A stretch of DNA of 63,880 bases, filler included, from an uncultured Acidimicrobiia bacterium (GCA_964347285.1; 8 parts of 8 records of this genome joined end to end with filler, not necessarily neighbours in it); one strand, 5' to 3'. Counted from the whole stretch's first letter, positions 47,145 to 56,776 are shown. The notes: generated by a model from the sequence alone, not told the origin. Program-made: numbers and translations.

Positions 47145-48659
47145 ATGGGGCGGTCCCGATTCCTCATCCCGGCGGTTGCCCTGGTGGTGATGGCTGCTTC
47201 CTGCAGCACCTCGCCCGGGCAATCGTCCGATCAATCGGCGGCCACTGGGCTCACCAGCGACATCCCGGTGCTGGGCACCGAGGACGATTGCGTCGAGGGC
47301 GGCGACTGTTCCCCGGCCGGCGACTCGGTGCCGTCCGACCGGTCTCCATCCACCACGGAAGCCCCTCCACCCACCTCGGCCACGGCGCCGCTGCAAGATC
47401 CCGCCGATGCCCGCCGCGAGCTCTTCGCCGGCTATCCGGTCGGCTTCACGGAGGAGGGCTATCCGTATCTCGGAAACCCAGACGCCACCGTGTCGCTGAT
47501 CGAGTTCAGCGACTACCAGTGCCCTTTCTGTGCTCGCCACTTCCAACAGACCGAGCCGACTCTCTTCGAGCGCTACGGCAACGGCGCCGACGTCAACTTC
47601 ATCTACCGCGATCTTCCCCTGGTGTCGCTTCACGCCGCAGCGCCGGCGGCGTCGGCGGCCGCCCTCTGCGTATCCGAGCAGGGAGCGGCGCTGTTCTGGG
47701 CCATGCATCATGCGATCTTCGACACCCAGAGCCAGTGGGCCGCTCTACCCGATCCGGTGCCGTTTCTCGCCGGCCTGGCCGCAGACATCGGGGCAGATGT
47801 CGACGCCTACAACCTGTGCATGGCGGCCGGGCGGACCCGCACCATCGTCGACCAGAGCGTGGCCGAGGCTCAACAGCTGGGCTTCAGCGCCACCCCCACA
47901 TTCCAGTTGGTGAACAACGAAACCGGGGAGATCTACGTCCTGTCCGGTGCCCTCCCGGCCGAGACCTTCATCACCTGGCTCGAGGCGGTGGTTGCCGGGG
48001 AGGGTCCGCCCGTCGAGGAGCAGCAGGCAGCCGATCAGACCGATTCGTCCCGACTGCCCTTCTGGGCGACGCCCGAGGGATTGGCCCCCGACCCCGATCG
48101 TCCAGGACGCACGATCGCCGGCGATCCCTTCAAGGGTGATCCCGATGCGCCACTGGTCGTCGTCGAGTTCGGCGACTTCCAGTGCCCGGCATGCCGGGCC
48201 CATGCCCTCGATACGCAGCCCGTGCTCGACACCGCCTTCGTCGACGCCGGCGACGTGCTCTGGGTATTCAAGAACCTGCCACTTTCCATCCATCCCCAGG
48301 CTCCGGCCGCCGCCGCCGCCGCCGAATGCGCCGCCGACGAGGGCAGTTTCTGGGAGATGCACCACCTCCTCTATGAGACCGTCGACCGCTGGGCGGTCGA
48401 CCCGCCCGACCCCCAACTGATCGGCCTAGCCGAAGAACTCGGTCTGGACACCGGTAGGTTCGCCACGTGCCTCGGTGGCCGGGACAGCCTGGAGCACGTC
48501 CTCGACGACCTTTACGACGCCCAGGGCATCGCCGAATCCACCCCCAGCTTCGTCATCATCTACGGCGGCACCGGTCAGCTGCTGCGGGGTTCGCTGCCTC
48601 CCGACCAGTTCGTGGCCGCCCTCGACAGCGTGCTGGAAGAGGCACGACCGGCCGGCTGA
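47145..48659 (+). CDS. Lipoprotein with two DsbA-like thioredoxin domains
   Basis: Lipobox AASC; EFSDYQCPFC...ATPTF and EFGDFQCPAC...STPSF. Confidence 0.9.
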   Translation: MGRSRFLIPAVALVVMAASCSTSPGQSSDQSAATGLTSDIPVLGTEDDCVEGGDCSPAGDSVPSDRSPSTTEAPPPTSATAPLQDPADARRELFAGYPVGFTEEGYPYLGNPDATVSLIEFSDYQCPFCARHFQQTEPTLFERYGNGADVNFIYRDLPLVSLHAAAPAASAAALCVSEQGAALFWAMHHAIFDTQSQWAALPDPVPFLAGLAADIGADVDAYNLCMAAGRTRTIVDQSVAEAQQLGFSATPTFQLVNNETGEIYVLSGALPAETFITWLEAVVAGEGPPVEEQQAADQTDSSRLPFWATPEGLAPDPDRPGRTIAGDPFKGDPDAPLVVVEFGDFQCPACRAHALDTQPVLDTAFVDAGDVLWVFKNLPLSIHPQAPAAAAAAECAADEGSFWEMHHLLYETVDRWAVDPPDPQLIGLAEELGLDTGRFATCLGGRDSLEHVLDDLYDAQGIAESTPSFVIIYGGTGQLLRGSLPPDQFVAALDSVLEEARPAG

Positions 48660-48710
48660 GCCGGGCGACGGGACGGCCACCCGGCTCCGGCAGTCTGCCG
48701 GTCCGGGGGC

Positions 48711-49856
48711 CTAGCGGTCCTCTCTCTTCCCGGCCCGCAACGCCCTGTGGGAGCGCTGGGTGATCAGCACCAGCAGGCCGCCCAGGGCGAGGACGATCAA
48801 GCCCACCGCAGCCACGGATGACGACACGCTGCCGGTGACGGGAAGGGTCGCCGGGGCGACGGCGGCAGTGGTGGAAGTGGTGGCCTGTTCGGCCAGCACC
48901 GCCTGGAGCTGGGCCTGGTCCTGGGCGGTGAGCGGACCGATCTCGGCAAACGTGACCGTCACCTGATTGACCAGATTGGTGGTCGCCAGCGGAGCCGTCG
49001 CCGTCAGGTTGTACGTGAAGGATTCCGTGGCGCCCGATGGGATCACCTCGCCCGCTTGGAGATTGGTGACCAGCTCGGTCACGGTTGCTTGAGAACTGAC
49101 CCCACCGGCGGTGACGGTCACCTCATCGGTCAATCCGGTGACGGTGAGATCGCTGCCTCCGGTATTGGTGATCGTGAACGTCCCCGTCACCACGAAATCG
49201 GCCGTAGTCGCCGTCTGGGGAACCGTGCTCACCGAGGAAATCGTCTTGCCGAGGACACCGCTGGGAGCCGCGATCAGCGTGGTCGGCGCCACGGTCGCAG
49301 CCGTGGGGATGGTTGTCGTTGTGGATGTTGTAGTCGTCGTGGTCGGCGCCACGGTCGCAGCTGTGGGGATGGTTGTCGTTGTGGTTGTTGTCGTCGTCGT
49401 GGTCGTCGTGGTCGTCGTCGTGGTCGTGGTGGGCGCATCGAGGTCGTAGCAGAACTCGATGTGGCTGATCGCGTACGGCTGGTTGTTGTTCGGATTGATC
49501 GGCGAGCTCAGCCCGGTGTCGGAGAACGCTTCCGGGCTATAGACGTACACGTTGGCGTTGGGCCCGCCCTTGACGATCACCGCGTCGATACCGATCGTCG
49601 ACGTCCAGCCAAAGAACGTGCCGTCACTCGTGATGGTCACCGTCTCGCTGGTTCCCGGGAACGTGTACGTGCCCGAGGGCGGCGGCTCCGGCTGCGGCTT
49701 GAAGCCGGAGGCGTAGCCGAGACTCGTACACGAGGGATTGCCCGGTACAACCTCTTGAGCCTCGACCGGTGCGGCCGAGGCCAGCAGTATTCCCGCCACG
49801 GCCGCAAGCGCGGCGATACGCACCCGGCTGCGGCTTAGAGTCTTCGTAAGTCCCAT
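48711..49856 (-). CDS. LPxTG-anchored surface protein with a Thr-rich stalk
   Basis: Signal peptide (VEA/QE); small domain with AVIVKGG and ISHIEFC; poly-Thr; Ig-like domain; LPVTG-TM-basic tail. Confidence 0.85.
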   Translation of the reverse strand: MGLTKTLSRSRVRIAALAAVAGILLASAAPVEAQEVVPGNPSCTSLGYASGFKPQPEPPPSGTYTFPGTSETVTITSDGTFFGWTSTIGIDAVIVKGGPNANVYVYSPEAFSDTGLSSPINPNNNQPYAISHIEFCYDLDAPTTTTTTTTTTTTTTTTTTTTIPTAATVAPTTTTTTSTTTTIPTAATVAPTTLIAAPSGVLGKTISSVSTVPQTATTADFVVTGTFTITNTGGSDLTVTGLTDEVTVTAGGVSSQATVTELVTNLQAGEVIPSGATESFTYNLTATAPLATTNLVNQVTVTFAEIGPLTAQDQAQLQAVLAEQATTSTTAAVAPATLPVTGSVSSSVAAVGLIVLALGGLLVLITQRSHRALRAGKREDR

Positions 49857-49970
49857 ACGACCCTTCTCCTCCTCTAGGAGACCCACCCCTCGAAGGCCTA
49901 TGTCTGGGAACGGCGACGAGGCAAGATAGCACGGCTATCCCCGATGACAAGAACTAAAAAGCGTAAACGT

Positions 49971-49996
49971 AAGGGCCCCTCCGAAGAGGGGCCCTT
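49971..49996 (-). terminator. Terminator between the two LPxTG genes
   Basis: AAGGGCCCCTC-TTCG-GAGGGGCCCTT on the minus strand followed by a T-rich tract. Confidence 0.75.
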
Positions 49997-50022
49997 CGTA
50001 CGCCCCCACCGTGTGTCGGCGC

Positions 50023-51369
50023 CTAGGTGTCCCTGCTTTCCTTCAGCGCCCGGCGAGAGCGATAGGTGATCAGTACCAGCAGACCGCCGAGGCCCAGCAG
50101 CACCAATGCGGTCGTTGCCAGCCGGCCGGTTTCGGAGCCGGTCACCGGCAGCGCCTCGGCAGTGGTGGTCGCAGTGGTCGTGGCAGTGGTCGGAGCCGTG
50201 GTCGTCGTCACCACCTGGGTGGTGGTCCCCAGAACCTGAGATACCTCGATCTTGTCCTGGTCGCGGTCGTCGCCGATGCCGTCGCCCGTTACGGAGTCGA
50301 CGTCCACTTCATCGGCCGCCGTCACCTCGGCCGCGTCGGTCATGATCCCGTCCTGATCGAGATTGACCACGATCGTGAACTGGACCGTGGCCCCGGCGGC
50401 CAGGGTGCCCACGTGCCACAGTCCGGTGGCCGGGTCGAAGGCGCCTCCGCTGGTGTCGGACGCGAAGCTGACACCGGCCGGGAGCTTGTTGGCGACTACC
50501 ACCCCGGTAGCGTCCGAGGGGCCCATATTGGTCAGAATGATCGTGTACGCCCCCTGCAGGCCGACCGTGCCGAACTGGGGCTGGGCCACCACGTTGAGCT
50601 CGAGGTCGATGACCGGAGTGAAGGTGACGATTGCAGTCGCGGTGCCCTGAACGGCGTTGCCATCGTCGTCTTGGCCGCTGGCGGTGACCACGTTGGTGTG
50701 ATCACCGGGAACGGTCCCCGACAGGAACTGGGTGAACGTGCAGGTGAGGGCGGCCCCCGGCGCCAACACGGCCGGAAGCGTTGGCGTGCATCCGGCCGAC
50801 AGGTCGCCGAACTGATCGTCGCTCACCTTGTCGATGGTGACCGTATCGGCCACCGAGGTGTTCTTGATGACCACGTCGAAGGTGACGTCGCCGCCGGTCC
50901 TGAGCACCGTGGCCGGGCCGGCGGTCTTGCTCACCTCGATCGCCGACGGCAGGTCGCCGAGCGTGACCGTGTGGTCGTCCTGGCCGCTCACCGGGATCTG
51001 CTCGTCGTCGACTCCGCTGACGGTAACGGTGTCGGTCTCCACATCTCCGGCGTTGCCGGTGAACTGCCCCTCGAAGGTGCAGGTGTAGGTCGTGGCCGGC
51101 TGGATGATCGCCAGGGCGCAGGTGGAGTTGGAGACGAGCGGATTGGCGGCATCGGTGAGATCGCCGTAGACGTCGTCGACGATCGACAGCAGGCTCACCG
51201 GGTCGTTGGGATCGCTGGTGTTGGTGATCGATACCGTGTACGTGATCGTTCCGCCCGGTTCGGCGATGTCGGCCACTGCGGTCTTGTCCACCGTGATCGA
51301 GGGCAACGCGTCGATGAAGGTGACGATTGCAGTCGCGGTGCCCTGAACGGCGTTGCCATCGTCGTCTTG
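50023..51369 (-). CDS. LPxTG-anchored protein with DUF11/Ig-like repeats (5' partial)
   Basis: Repeats SITVDKTA..GG.ITYTVSITNTS; DUF11-like TNMGPSDATGVVV..KLPAG; LPVTG-TM-basic tail. Confidence 0.85.
   Translation of the reverse strand, partial: QDDDGNAVQGTATAIVTFIDALPSITVDKTAVADIAEPGGTITYTVSITNTSDPNDPVSLLSIVDDVYGDLTDAANPLVSNSTCALAIIQPATTYTCTFEGQFTGNAGDVETDTVTVSGVDDEQIPVSGQDDHTVTLGDLPSAIEVSKTAGPATVLRTGGDVTFDVVIKNTSVADTVTIDKVSDDQFGDLSAGCTPTLPAVLAPGAALTCTFTQFLSGTVPGDHTNVVTASGQDDDGNAVQGTATAIVTFTPVIDLELNVVAQPQFGTVGLQGAYTIILTNMGPSDATGVVVANKLPAGVSFASDTSGGAFDPATGLWHVGTLAAGATVQFTIVVNLDQDGIMTDAAEVTAADEVDVDSVTGDGIGDDRDQDKIEVSQVLGTTTQVVTTTTAPTTATTTATTTAEALPVTGSETGRLATTALVLLGLGGLLVLITYRSRRALKESRDT
51315..51369. 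repeat. Exact 55-bp repeat of 50619-50673 at the contig end
   Basis: TGAAGGTGACGATTGCAGTCGCGGTGCCCTGAACGGCGTTGCCATCGTCGTCTTG occurs at both sites. Confidence 0.92.
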
Positions 51370-51469
51370 NNNNNNNNNNNNNNNNNNNNNNNNNNNNNNN
51401 NNNNNNNNNNNNNTTAATTAATTAANNNNNNNNNNNNNNNNNNNNNNNNNNNNNNNNNNNNNNNNNNNN
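51370..51469. other. Artificial contig linker
   Basis: N44-TTAATTAATTAA-N44. Confidence 0.99.
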
Positions 51470-52100
51470 GGTAACCAAGCGCTCCGTCGACTACTACACC
51501 CAGCCCAAAGAGGAGAAAGACCTGGTGGTGCTCGAGGTGGATCGAGAGGAGCGCATGGGCCGGATCGGCCACGCGCTGGGAAAAGTCGAGGTGGAGAGCC
51601 GGGTCGTCGCCTATCAGCGCAAGGCCATCCGCACGGGCGAGATCCTGGCTACCGAGCCCCTCGACTTCCCTCCGGTCCGCCTGGTGACCCAGGCATTCTG
51701 GTTCGCCATCCCCGACGAGCTGTTCTCCGGAGCCGCCCTCGGCGCTGCAGAGGCCCCGGGCACGCTGCACGCCGCCGAACACACCGCCATTGCCATGCTG
51801 CCGCTGTTCGCCATCTGCGACCGGTGGGACGTGGGCGGCCTGTCCACAGCCGTCCATCCCGACCTCGGCGGCGCCGGGTTCTTCATCTACGACGGCTACC
51901 CGGGCGGCGCCGGTATCGCCCCCATCGGCTATCGGGCCGGCCGTCGCCACCTAGCCGCCACCCTGGCAGCGCTCGAGGAGTGCCCATGTAGTGCCGGCTG
52001 TCCGTCGTGTGTGGTCTCCCCCAAGTGCGGCAACTTCAACGAACCTCTCTCCAAAGACGGGGCAATCCGGTTGCTGCGCGTCGCTCTGGCCGAGTCCTAG
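51470..52100 (+). CDS. DEAD/DEAH helicase C-terminus with DUF1998 (SftH/MrfA-like; 5' partial)
   Basis: LHAAEH, CDRWDVGGLS, YDGYPGGAG and CPC..GCPSCVVSPKCGN.NEPLSK. Confidence 0.92.
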
Positions 52101-52531
52101 CCGGAACGCACCGTCGAGCCGACGACCAGCCCGGCCGACAGCAACACCAGGTTCTTGACGACGAACTCACCCTCGACGGTGAGCCGAAACGGGTTGCCGT
52201 CCTGGAAGGCCACGTCGGGCTGAACCACGAGCACCAGGAATGTGCCCACCATCTGCAGGGCGAATATGGCCAGCACGGCGCGCAAGGCCACCCCAGTGAT
52301 GAGGCCGAGACCGACGACCAGCTCGGCCACACCGAGCACCGGAACAAACCAGTCGGGGTCCACCCAATAGACCGTGTCGGCGACGAGGTCGGTGACCGGG
52401 GTCACCCCGAACACCTTGAGAGCACCGAACCACGCAAACACGACCCCGAGCGAGATGCGCAGGGCCGGGATGGCCCATCGGCCCAGAAACGCCACGATCT
52501 TTCGATCCAGCCGATCCCATAGAGTGGTCAT
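52097..52531 (-). CDS. DoxX/YkgB-like membrane protein
   Basis: LRISLGVVFAWFGALK and EGEFVVKNLVL. Confidence 0.85.
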   Translation of the reverse strand: MTTLWDRLDRKIVAFLGRWAIPALRISLGVVFAWFGALKVFGVTPVTDLVADTVYWVDPDWFVPVLGVAELVVGLGLITGVALRAVLAIFALQMVGTFLVLVVQPDVAFQDGNPFRLTVEGEFVVKNLVLLSAGLVVGSTVRSG

Positions 52532-52570
52532 CGCCGGGCCAGCCTACCGAGGGCCGGCCATTACCCGATC

Positions 52571-52984
52571 TCAGCGCCGGACCACGACCGGAAGGTTTGG
52601 CTGGTACAGCCGGGGCGGTTCGAAGCGGGCCCGACTACGGGCCCGTACGGTGCGGTGGCCGAACCACAACACCTCGGCCGACAGCTCAACCTCGACGACG
52701 ACCGTGCGCGGCTCCCACGATCTATCCACCGGGCAGGAGCACCAAGCCAGCCGGGCACCGTTGGCCGCGGCGAAGCGGCTCGCCTCGGCGGCCGGCGTGC
52801 CCGCCGCCCCATAAGGACGAAACGTCACCGGGGCCGCGGCCAGGGCGGCCGCGTCGGCGGCCGCCGACGCCTGGGAGCGGGCGGTCAGGTACTGGCCCAC
52901 CGCGACAACCACCGTCGTGGTCCCCGCCAGAAGCACGGCCACGGCCAGCAGCAGGACCGACGCCGCCCCGCGCTCGCCGCTCAC
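52571..52984 (-). CDS. TadE-like protein (Rv3654c family)
   Basis: ERGAASVLLLA...A.AAADAAALAAA...AAANGARL. Confidence 0.85.
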   Translation of the reverse strand: MSGERGAASVLLLAVAVLLAGTTTVVVAVGQYLTARSQASAAADAAALAAAPVTFRPYGAAGTPAAEASRFAAANGARLAWCSCPVDRSWEPRTVVVEVELSAEVLWFGHRTVRARSRARFEPPRLYQPNLPVVVRR

Positions 52985-53343
52985 CGCTCGACCCGCATCA
53001 CCGCCCGGGCCCGAAGCTGGACCATGAACCCGCCGAGCAGCGGAGCCGCCAGTCGATGGGGCAGCCGCAACGTCACCTCGGCCGGCTCCCCCACGTTCGA
53101 GGGCCGCCGCACCGACGCAGCTACCCGTGCTCCCAGCGTCGGCCCGAGGGAACGCTGAGCTGCGGCGACGGCCTGGGCGGGATCGGGATTGGCGGCCGCC
53201 TCGCGAGCCGCTTCCCGGGCCGCGTTGACCAGCTCGAGCTGGGTACGGGCCACGACGGTCACCTCCACGCCTGCCAGCAGCACAACCAGCACCAGCGGAA
53301 CGACCAGTGCAAACTCGACGACGGCGCTCCCCTGCTCCGTCAC
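52981..53343 (-). CDS. tadE: TadE family pseudopilin
   Basis: EQGSAVVEFALVVP...AAREAAR. Confidence 0.88.
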   Translation of the reverse strand: MTEQGSAVVEFALVVPLVLVVLLAGVEVTVVARTQLELVNAAREAAREAAANPDPAQAVAAAQRSLGPTLGARVAASVRRPSNVGEPAEVTLRLPHRLAAPLLGGFMVQLRARAVMRVER

Positions 53344-53516
53344 CCCACTGGTGCTCCACCGACCAGATCGCTGATCTTGCGCACCACCGCGGTGAAGAGG
53401 GTGGGCAGCACGTCGGTCGAGGCTGCCCAGATGATGAGGGCGAGGGCGATGGCGGCGGCCGCCACCATCACGAGGGCATATTCGGCGGTGGCCTGACCTT
53501 TCTCGCATCGAATCAC
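53340..53516 (-). CDS. flp: Flp pilin (DUF4244-like), 58 aa; absent from the ORF track
   Basis: Hand translation MIRCEKGQATAEYALVMVAAAAIALALIIWAASTDVLPTLFTAVVRKISDLVGGAPVG with G/xxxxEY prepilin motif; RBS AAAGGA. Confidence 0.9.
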   Translation of the reverse strand: MIRCEKGQATAEYALVMVAAAAIALALIIWAASTDVLPTLFTAVVRKISDLVGGAPVG

Positions 53517-53530
53517 AGAGGTTCCTTTCT

Positions 53531-54190
53531 TCAGGTCGGCAGCCGGCCGACGACGGTGGGAAGTGTCAGGGTGAGTCGCTCCAGTCCGGCCAGCAGCGCC
53601 GGGCCCAAGGTGAGAAGCACGAAGCCGGGAAGAATGAGCAGCGCCAGGGGAAGGAGGAGGCGCACGGGCAGACGCCGGATCGACTCGAGGGCCCGGGCTC
53701 GCTGTGCGCGTCGCAGCTCGTTCACGAGGCCGGCCACTGCCTCCCCCACCGGAGCCCCACTCGCCGCTGCCCGAGCCGCCAACCGATACAAAGGTGCTGC
53801 CCGGCCCTCGGCAACGGCCAGGGCCGTCTCGAGGCCGGTGCGACGCGATCTGCGAAGCACGCCGTTCACCTCATCGCCGAGCAGCGGGTGCACCTCACCG
53901 GCCGCCGCCTCCAACGCTGTCCGGAACGTGAGGCCTGCGCTCAGCCCCAGGCCGACCATTTCGGCCAGAACGACCACGTCGCCATCGGCGGCGACTTTGG
54001 AGCGTCGCCGGCCGACCCGGCCGGCTCTCAGGCGGCGGGCCCACCAAGCGATGCCGAGCAATGTGGCCACCGCCGGCTGCCAGGCGGCCAGCGTGACCCC
54101 CAGCCCGATGGAGACCGGCGGCACCCCGACCCGGCCGGCGGCCAACTCCGCAGCCGCCCAGCCGACCACCAGGGCCAGCAGAAGACTCAC
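53531..54190 (-). CDS. tadC: TadC-like type II secretion F-family protein
   Basis: LGLSAGLTF..AL, SGAP and LLLPLALLILPGFVLL. Confidence 0.85.
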   Translation of the reverse strand: MSLLLALVVGWAAAELAAGRVGVPPVSIGLGVTLAAWQPAVATLLGIAWWARRLRAGRVGRRRSKVAADGDVVVLAEMVGLGLSAGLTFRTALEAAAGEVHPLLGDEVNGVLRRSRRTGLETALAVAEGRAAPLYRLAARAAASGAPVGEAVAGLVNELRRAQRARALESIRRLPVRLLLPLALLILPGFVLLTLGPALLAGLERLTLTLPTVVGRLPT

Positions 54191-54867
54191 ACCAACGCCC
54201 GCCGCATCATCAACCACACGGCGGTCGCCCCCAGGGCCTCCAGAAACAAACCCGCTCCCCCGAGCACCCAACCGGACGGCCCGGCCGCCAGCAAAGACGA
54301 AAAGCCCCCTCCCAGGACGGACGTCAGCGCCAGCAGCACCAGCGGAGCAGCGCCGACCACCCACGCCGACAACCGAGCTTGAGCCGTAGCGGCTCTCTGC
54401 TCTCTGAGCAGGTCGCCCGCCTCAGCAGAGCGGACGGCGAGCGCACCGAACAGAGATGCGGTGCGAGCGCCGGTGACGGCCGCCAGCCGGAACGCGGCTG
54501 CCACCAGGCGCCCGTTGGTCGGCAGGGCCGGGCCGAGAGCCTCGGCGACCTCGGCGGCCGGCCGCCCGGCCCGGGCCCGGCGAACCGCCAAGTGAAGAGG
54601 AAGGCCGGGAGCGCGCATGGCGGCCGCCTCCAGCGCGCCTCGCAGGGATGCCCCGGCCTGTAGCTCGGCCGCCATCCCTTCCAGGAACCCGGTCTCCCCG
54701 GCGGTGCCGTCGGTCCGGCGCCGACGCCACAGCCGATAACCGACGGTCCACAGAGCACTGAGCAGGAGGAACCACAGGGGACGAAGCAATGCCACGGCAA
54801 CGATGACCACGGCCACCGGATGTGTTCCGACCCACATCAGCCATGCCAGCGCCAACGCCGTCAGCAC
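54187..54867 (-). CDS. tadB: TadB-like type II secretion F-family protein
   Basis: AAELQAGASL, TAQARLSAWVV..P and G..LEALG..W. Confidence 0.85.
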   Translation of the reverse strand: MLTALALAWLMWVGTHPVAVVIVAVALLRPLWFLLLSALWTVGYRLWRRRRTDGTAGETGFLEGMAAELQAGASLRGALEAAAMRAPGLPLHLAVRRARAGRPAAEVAEALGPALPTNGRLVAAAFRLAAVTGARTASLFGALAVRSAEAGDLLREQRAATAQARLSAWVVGAAPLVLLALTSVLGGGFSSLLAAGPSGWVLGGAGLFLEALGATAVWLMMRRALV

Positions 54868-55922
54868 CGCAAGACCTCTCGGCAGCCCTCGTCGGTTACC
54901 TCGGCGATCATCTCGACGCGCCGCTTCCCCTTGCGGCGGACCATGAGCACCACCAGGTCGAGCGCGGAGCGGAGTTGGCGCCGAACGGTTTCGGCCACCA
55001 CCCTCCGCTCGCCGGAAAGCGCCAAATTCTCGAGACGCAGCAACGCCTCGTCGGGACTCGAGGCATGCACGGTCGACATGGATCCGTCGTGCCCGGTGCT
55101 CATCGCCTGGATCATGTCGAGGGCCTCGGGACCACGAGCCTCCCCTACGATGATCCGGTCGGGGCGCAACCGCAGCGCGTGCCGCAGGAGGGCTTGGAGC
55201 GAAACCTCGCCCGCACCCTCGGCATTTGCCGGGCGGGCCTCCAAGCGCACCACGTGCCCGCTCATCCTGAGCTCGGCGGCGTCTTCCACCGTCACCACCC
55301 GCTCGTGGTCCGGGATGACCTTCGAGAGCAGGTTGAGGAGGGTGGTCTTGCCGGCCCCGGTCCCCCCGCACACCAACAGGTTGCACCGTTCCGTTACGGC
55401 GTGAGCCAGGAGATCGGCGCCTGCGGGGGTGATGGCCTTGGAGGCGACCAGGGAGGGGAGATCGGGAACGGCCTCGGTGAAGCGTCGCACCGTGACCACC
55501 GGGCCGTCGACCGCTACCGGAGGAATGACGGCGTGAAGGCGGGAGCCGTCGGGGAGGCGGGCATCTACGGCCGGCGAGGCCTGGTCGAGACGAAGGCCGA
55601 GCGGAGCCAGCACCCGCTCCACTGCGGCGATCACATCCTCTGGCCCTTCGAAGCCGATGTCGACCCGCCTCAGCTCCCCGTGGCGTTCCACCCACACCTC
55701 TTTGGGACCGTTGACGAGTACGTCGCTCACCGCCGGATCGCGCAACAACGGCTCCAGAGGTCCCAGTCCGACGACGGCGTCGACGGCGTCCACCGCAGCC
55801 TCCGGTCCGGCCAACGGCGCCTCCTCGGCAGCCACCCGTCGCGCTTCCGCCAGCAACGGAACCCGCTCCAGGGGCACGTCGGACTCGACGAGGCGCCGGG
55901 CGATCCGCTCGGTTACCGCCAC
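54861..55922 (-). CDS. cpaF: CpaF/TadA pilus assembly ATPase
   Basis: GLGPLEPLL.DP, DARLPDGSR, GGTGAGKTT, EDAAEL, LRPDRIIVGE and TGHDGSMSTVHA. Confidence 0.95.
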   Translation of the reverse strand: MAVTERIARRLVESDVPLERVPLLAEARRVAAEEAPLAGPEAAVDAVDAVVGLGPLEPLLRDPAVSDVLVNGPKEVWVERHGELRRVDIGFEGPEDVIAAVERVLAPLGLRLDQASPAVDARLPDGSRLHAVIPPVAVDGPVVTVRRFTEAVPDLPSLVASKAITPAGADLLAHAVTERCNLLVCGGTGAGKTTLLNLLSKVIPDHERVVTVEDAAELRMSGHVVRLEARPANAEGAGEVSLQALLRHALRLRPDRIIVGEARGPEALDMIQAMSTGHDGSMSTVHASSPDEALLRLENLALSGERRVVAETVRRQLRSALDLVVLMVRRKGKRRVEMIAEVTDEGCREVLRC

Positions 55923-56467
55923 GGCATACTCCAGACCCGACGCCAGGTCCGGAGCCAGCGATCCGGCACCGGGCGTAAACCCTGGGCCAGTGCCGACCAG
56001 GTGCGGGGTCGGGGTCGAGGCAGGACGATGGCAGGCTGGGGTACCGACACCTTCCAGCCGGAGTACTGATAGACGGCCGGGCCCGATTCGGAGGGAAACA
56101 GTCCCCCGGGGATCAGCACTCGTACCGGAACGACGGGGACCCCGGTCGCCTCGGGCCGGGGCCGCCCTCCCAGTCGCAGCACGACGAACGGCCAGCGCTC
56201 GACGAGGGCCGTCACCACCCCGTTTGCTTCCGCAGCCCCCACCCCGCCGTTACGCAATACCGCCAGGTCCCCGAAGCGGGGTTCGAGATCGTCTCGACGA
56301 GGACCCCCGGCAACCAGGGAGGCCAGGGAGGCCGGCCCGGGGTAGAGCGGTCCGTCCGGATCGAGATCGACGACCAGTGCCGGGCCCCCCGCCGCGGCCG
56401 CCAGCCCGAGGGGCGCCACGGCTCCCAGGATTCCGTCCTCCGGCGTCCATATCGAAAGGACCGGCAC
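55913..56467 (-). CDS. Reduced Ssd/CpaE-like protein lacking a canonical Walker A
   Basis: AVAPLGLAAAAG.ALVVDLDPDG and LVERWPFVVLR; located directly upstream of cpaF. Confidence 0.65.
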   Translation of the reverse strand: MPVLSIWTPEDGILGAVAPLGLAAAAGGPALVVDLDPDGPLYPGPASLASLVAGGPRRDDLEPRFGDLAVLRNGGVGAAEANGVVTALVERWPFVVLRLGGRPRPEATGVPVVPVRVLIPGGLFPSESGPAVYQYSGWKVSVPQPAIVLPRPRPRTWSALAQGLRPVPDRWLRTWRRVWSMPWR

Positions 56468-56690
56468 CGGATCTGACCTCAGGTTGAGCTTCGACAACGT
56501 AGGTTGGGGCGGTGACGGGTTCAAGGGGTCCGCGCCGGCCGCGACGGGTCTTTCGCCCCTATCGGTCGAACCGGGCGGGCTCATACCCTGACGATGAGCC
56601 CGGTGTCGAGATGCGTACCGGGTCGGAGGTAGCCTCTCGACGCCACGCTGAATCGAGGTAGATCCTGGCGTTGGGCCTACTGGTCTGCGA

Positions 56691-56735
56691 GCAACGGGGC
56701 CGGAGTGGGAGCCGAGGGGGCTCCGGCCCCGTTGC
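56691..56735 (-). ncRNA. Candidate 6C-like RNA hairpin
   Basis: Perfect 15-bp stem with C-rich loop CCCCCTCGGCTCCCA on the minus strand, between the ssd-like and HAD-IB genes. Confidence 0.4.
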
Positions 56736-56763
56736 CCCGCCCAGGATTCCCCGGACCCCTTCG

Positions 56764-56769
56764 TAGAAT
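56764..56769 (+). promoter_or_regulatory. -10 element of a probable leaderless transcript
   Basis: TAGAAT 7 nt before the ATG at 56777; no SD sequence. Confidence 0.55.
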
Positions 56770-56776
56770 CCCGTTG

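Noticed and set aside
49279..49435. Trinucleotide and 60-bp repeats as a contingency locus
   Set aside because: In-frame codon repeats encoding a Thr-rich linker; length change would not switch expression.
56490..56660. c-di-AMP (ydaO) riboswitch, suggested by GGGGCGAA and GAACCCGTCA on the minus strand
   Set aside because: The expected GCTAAC..GTAGGC continuation and 5' motifs are absent on that strand.
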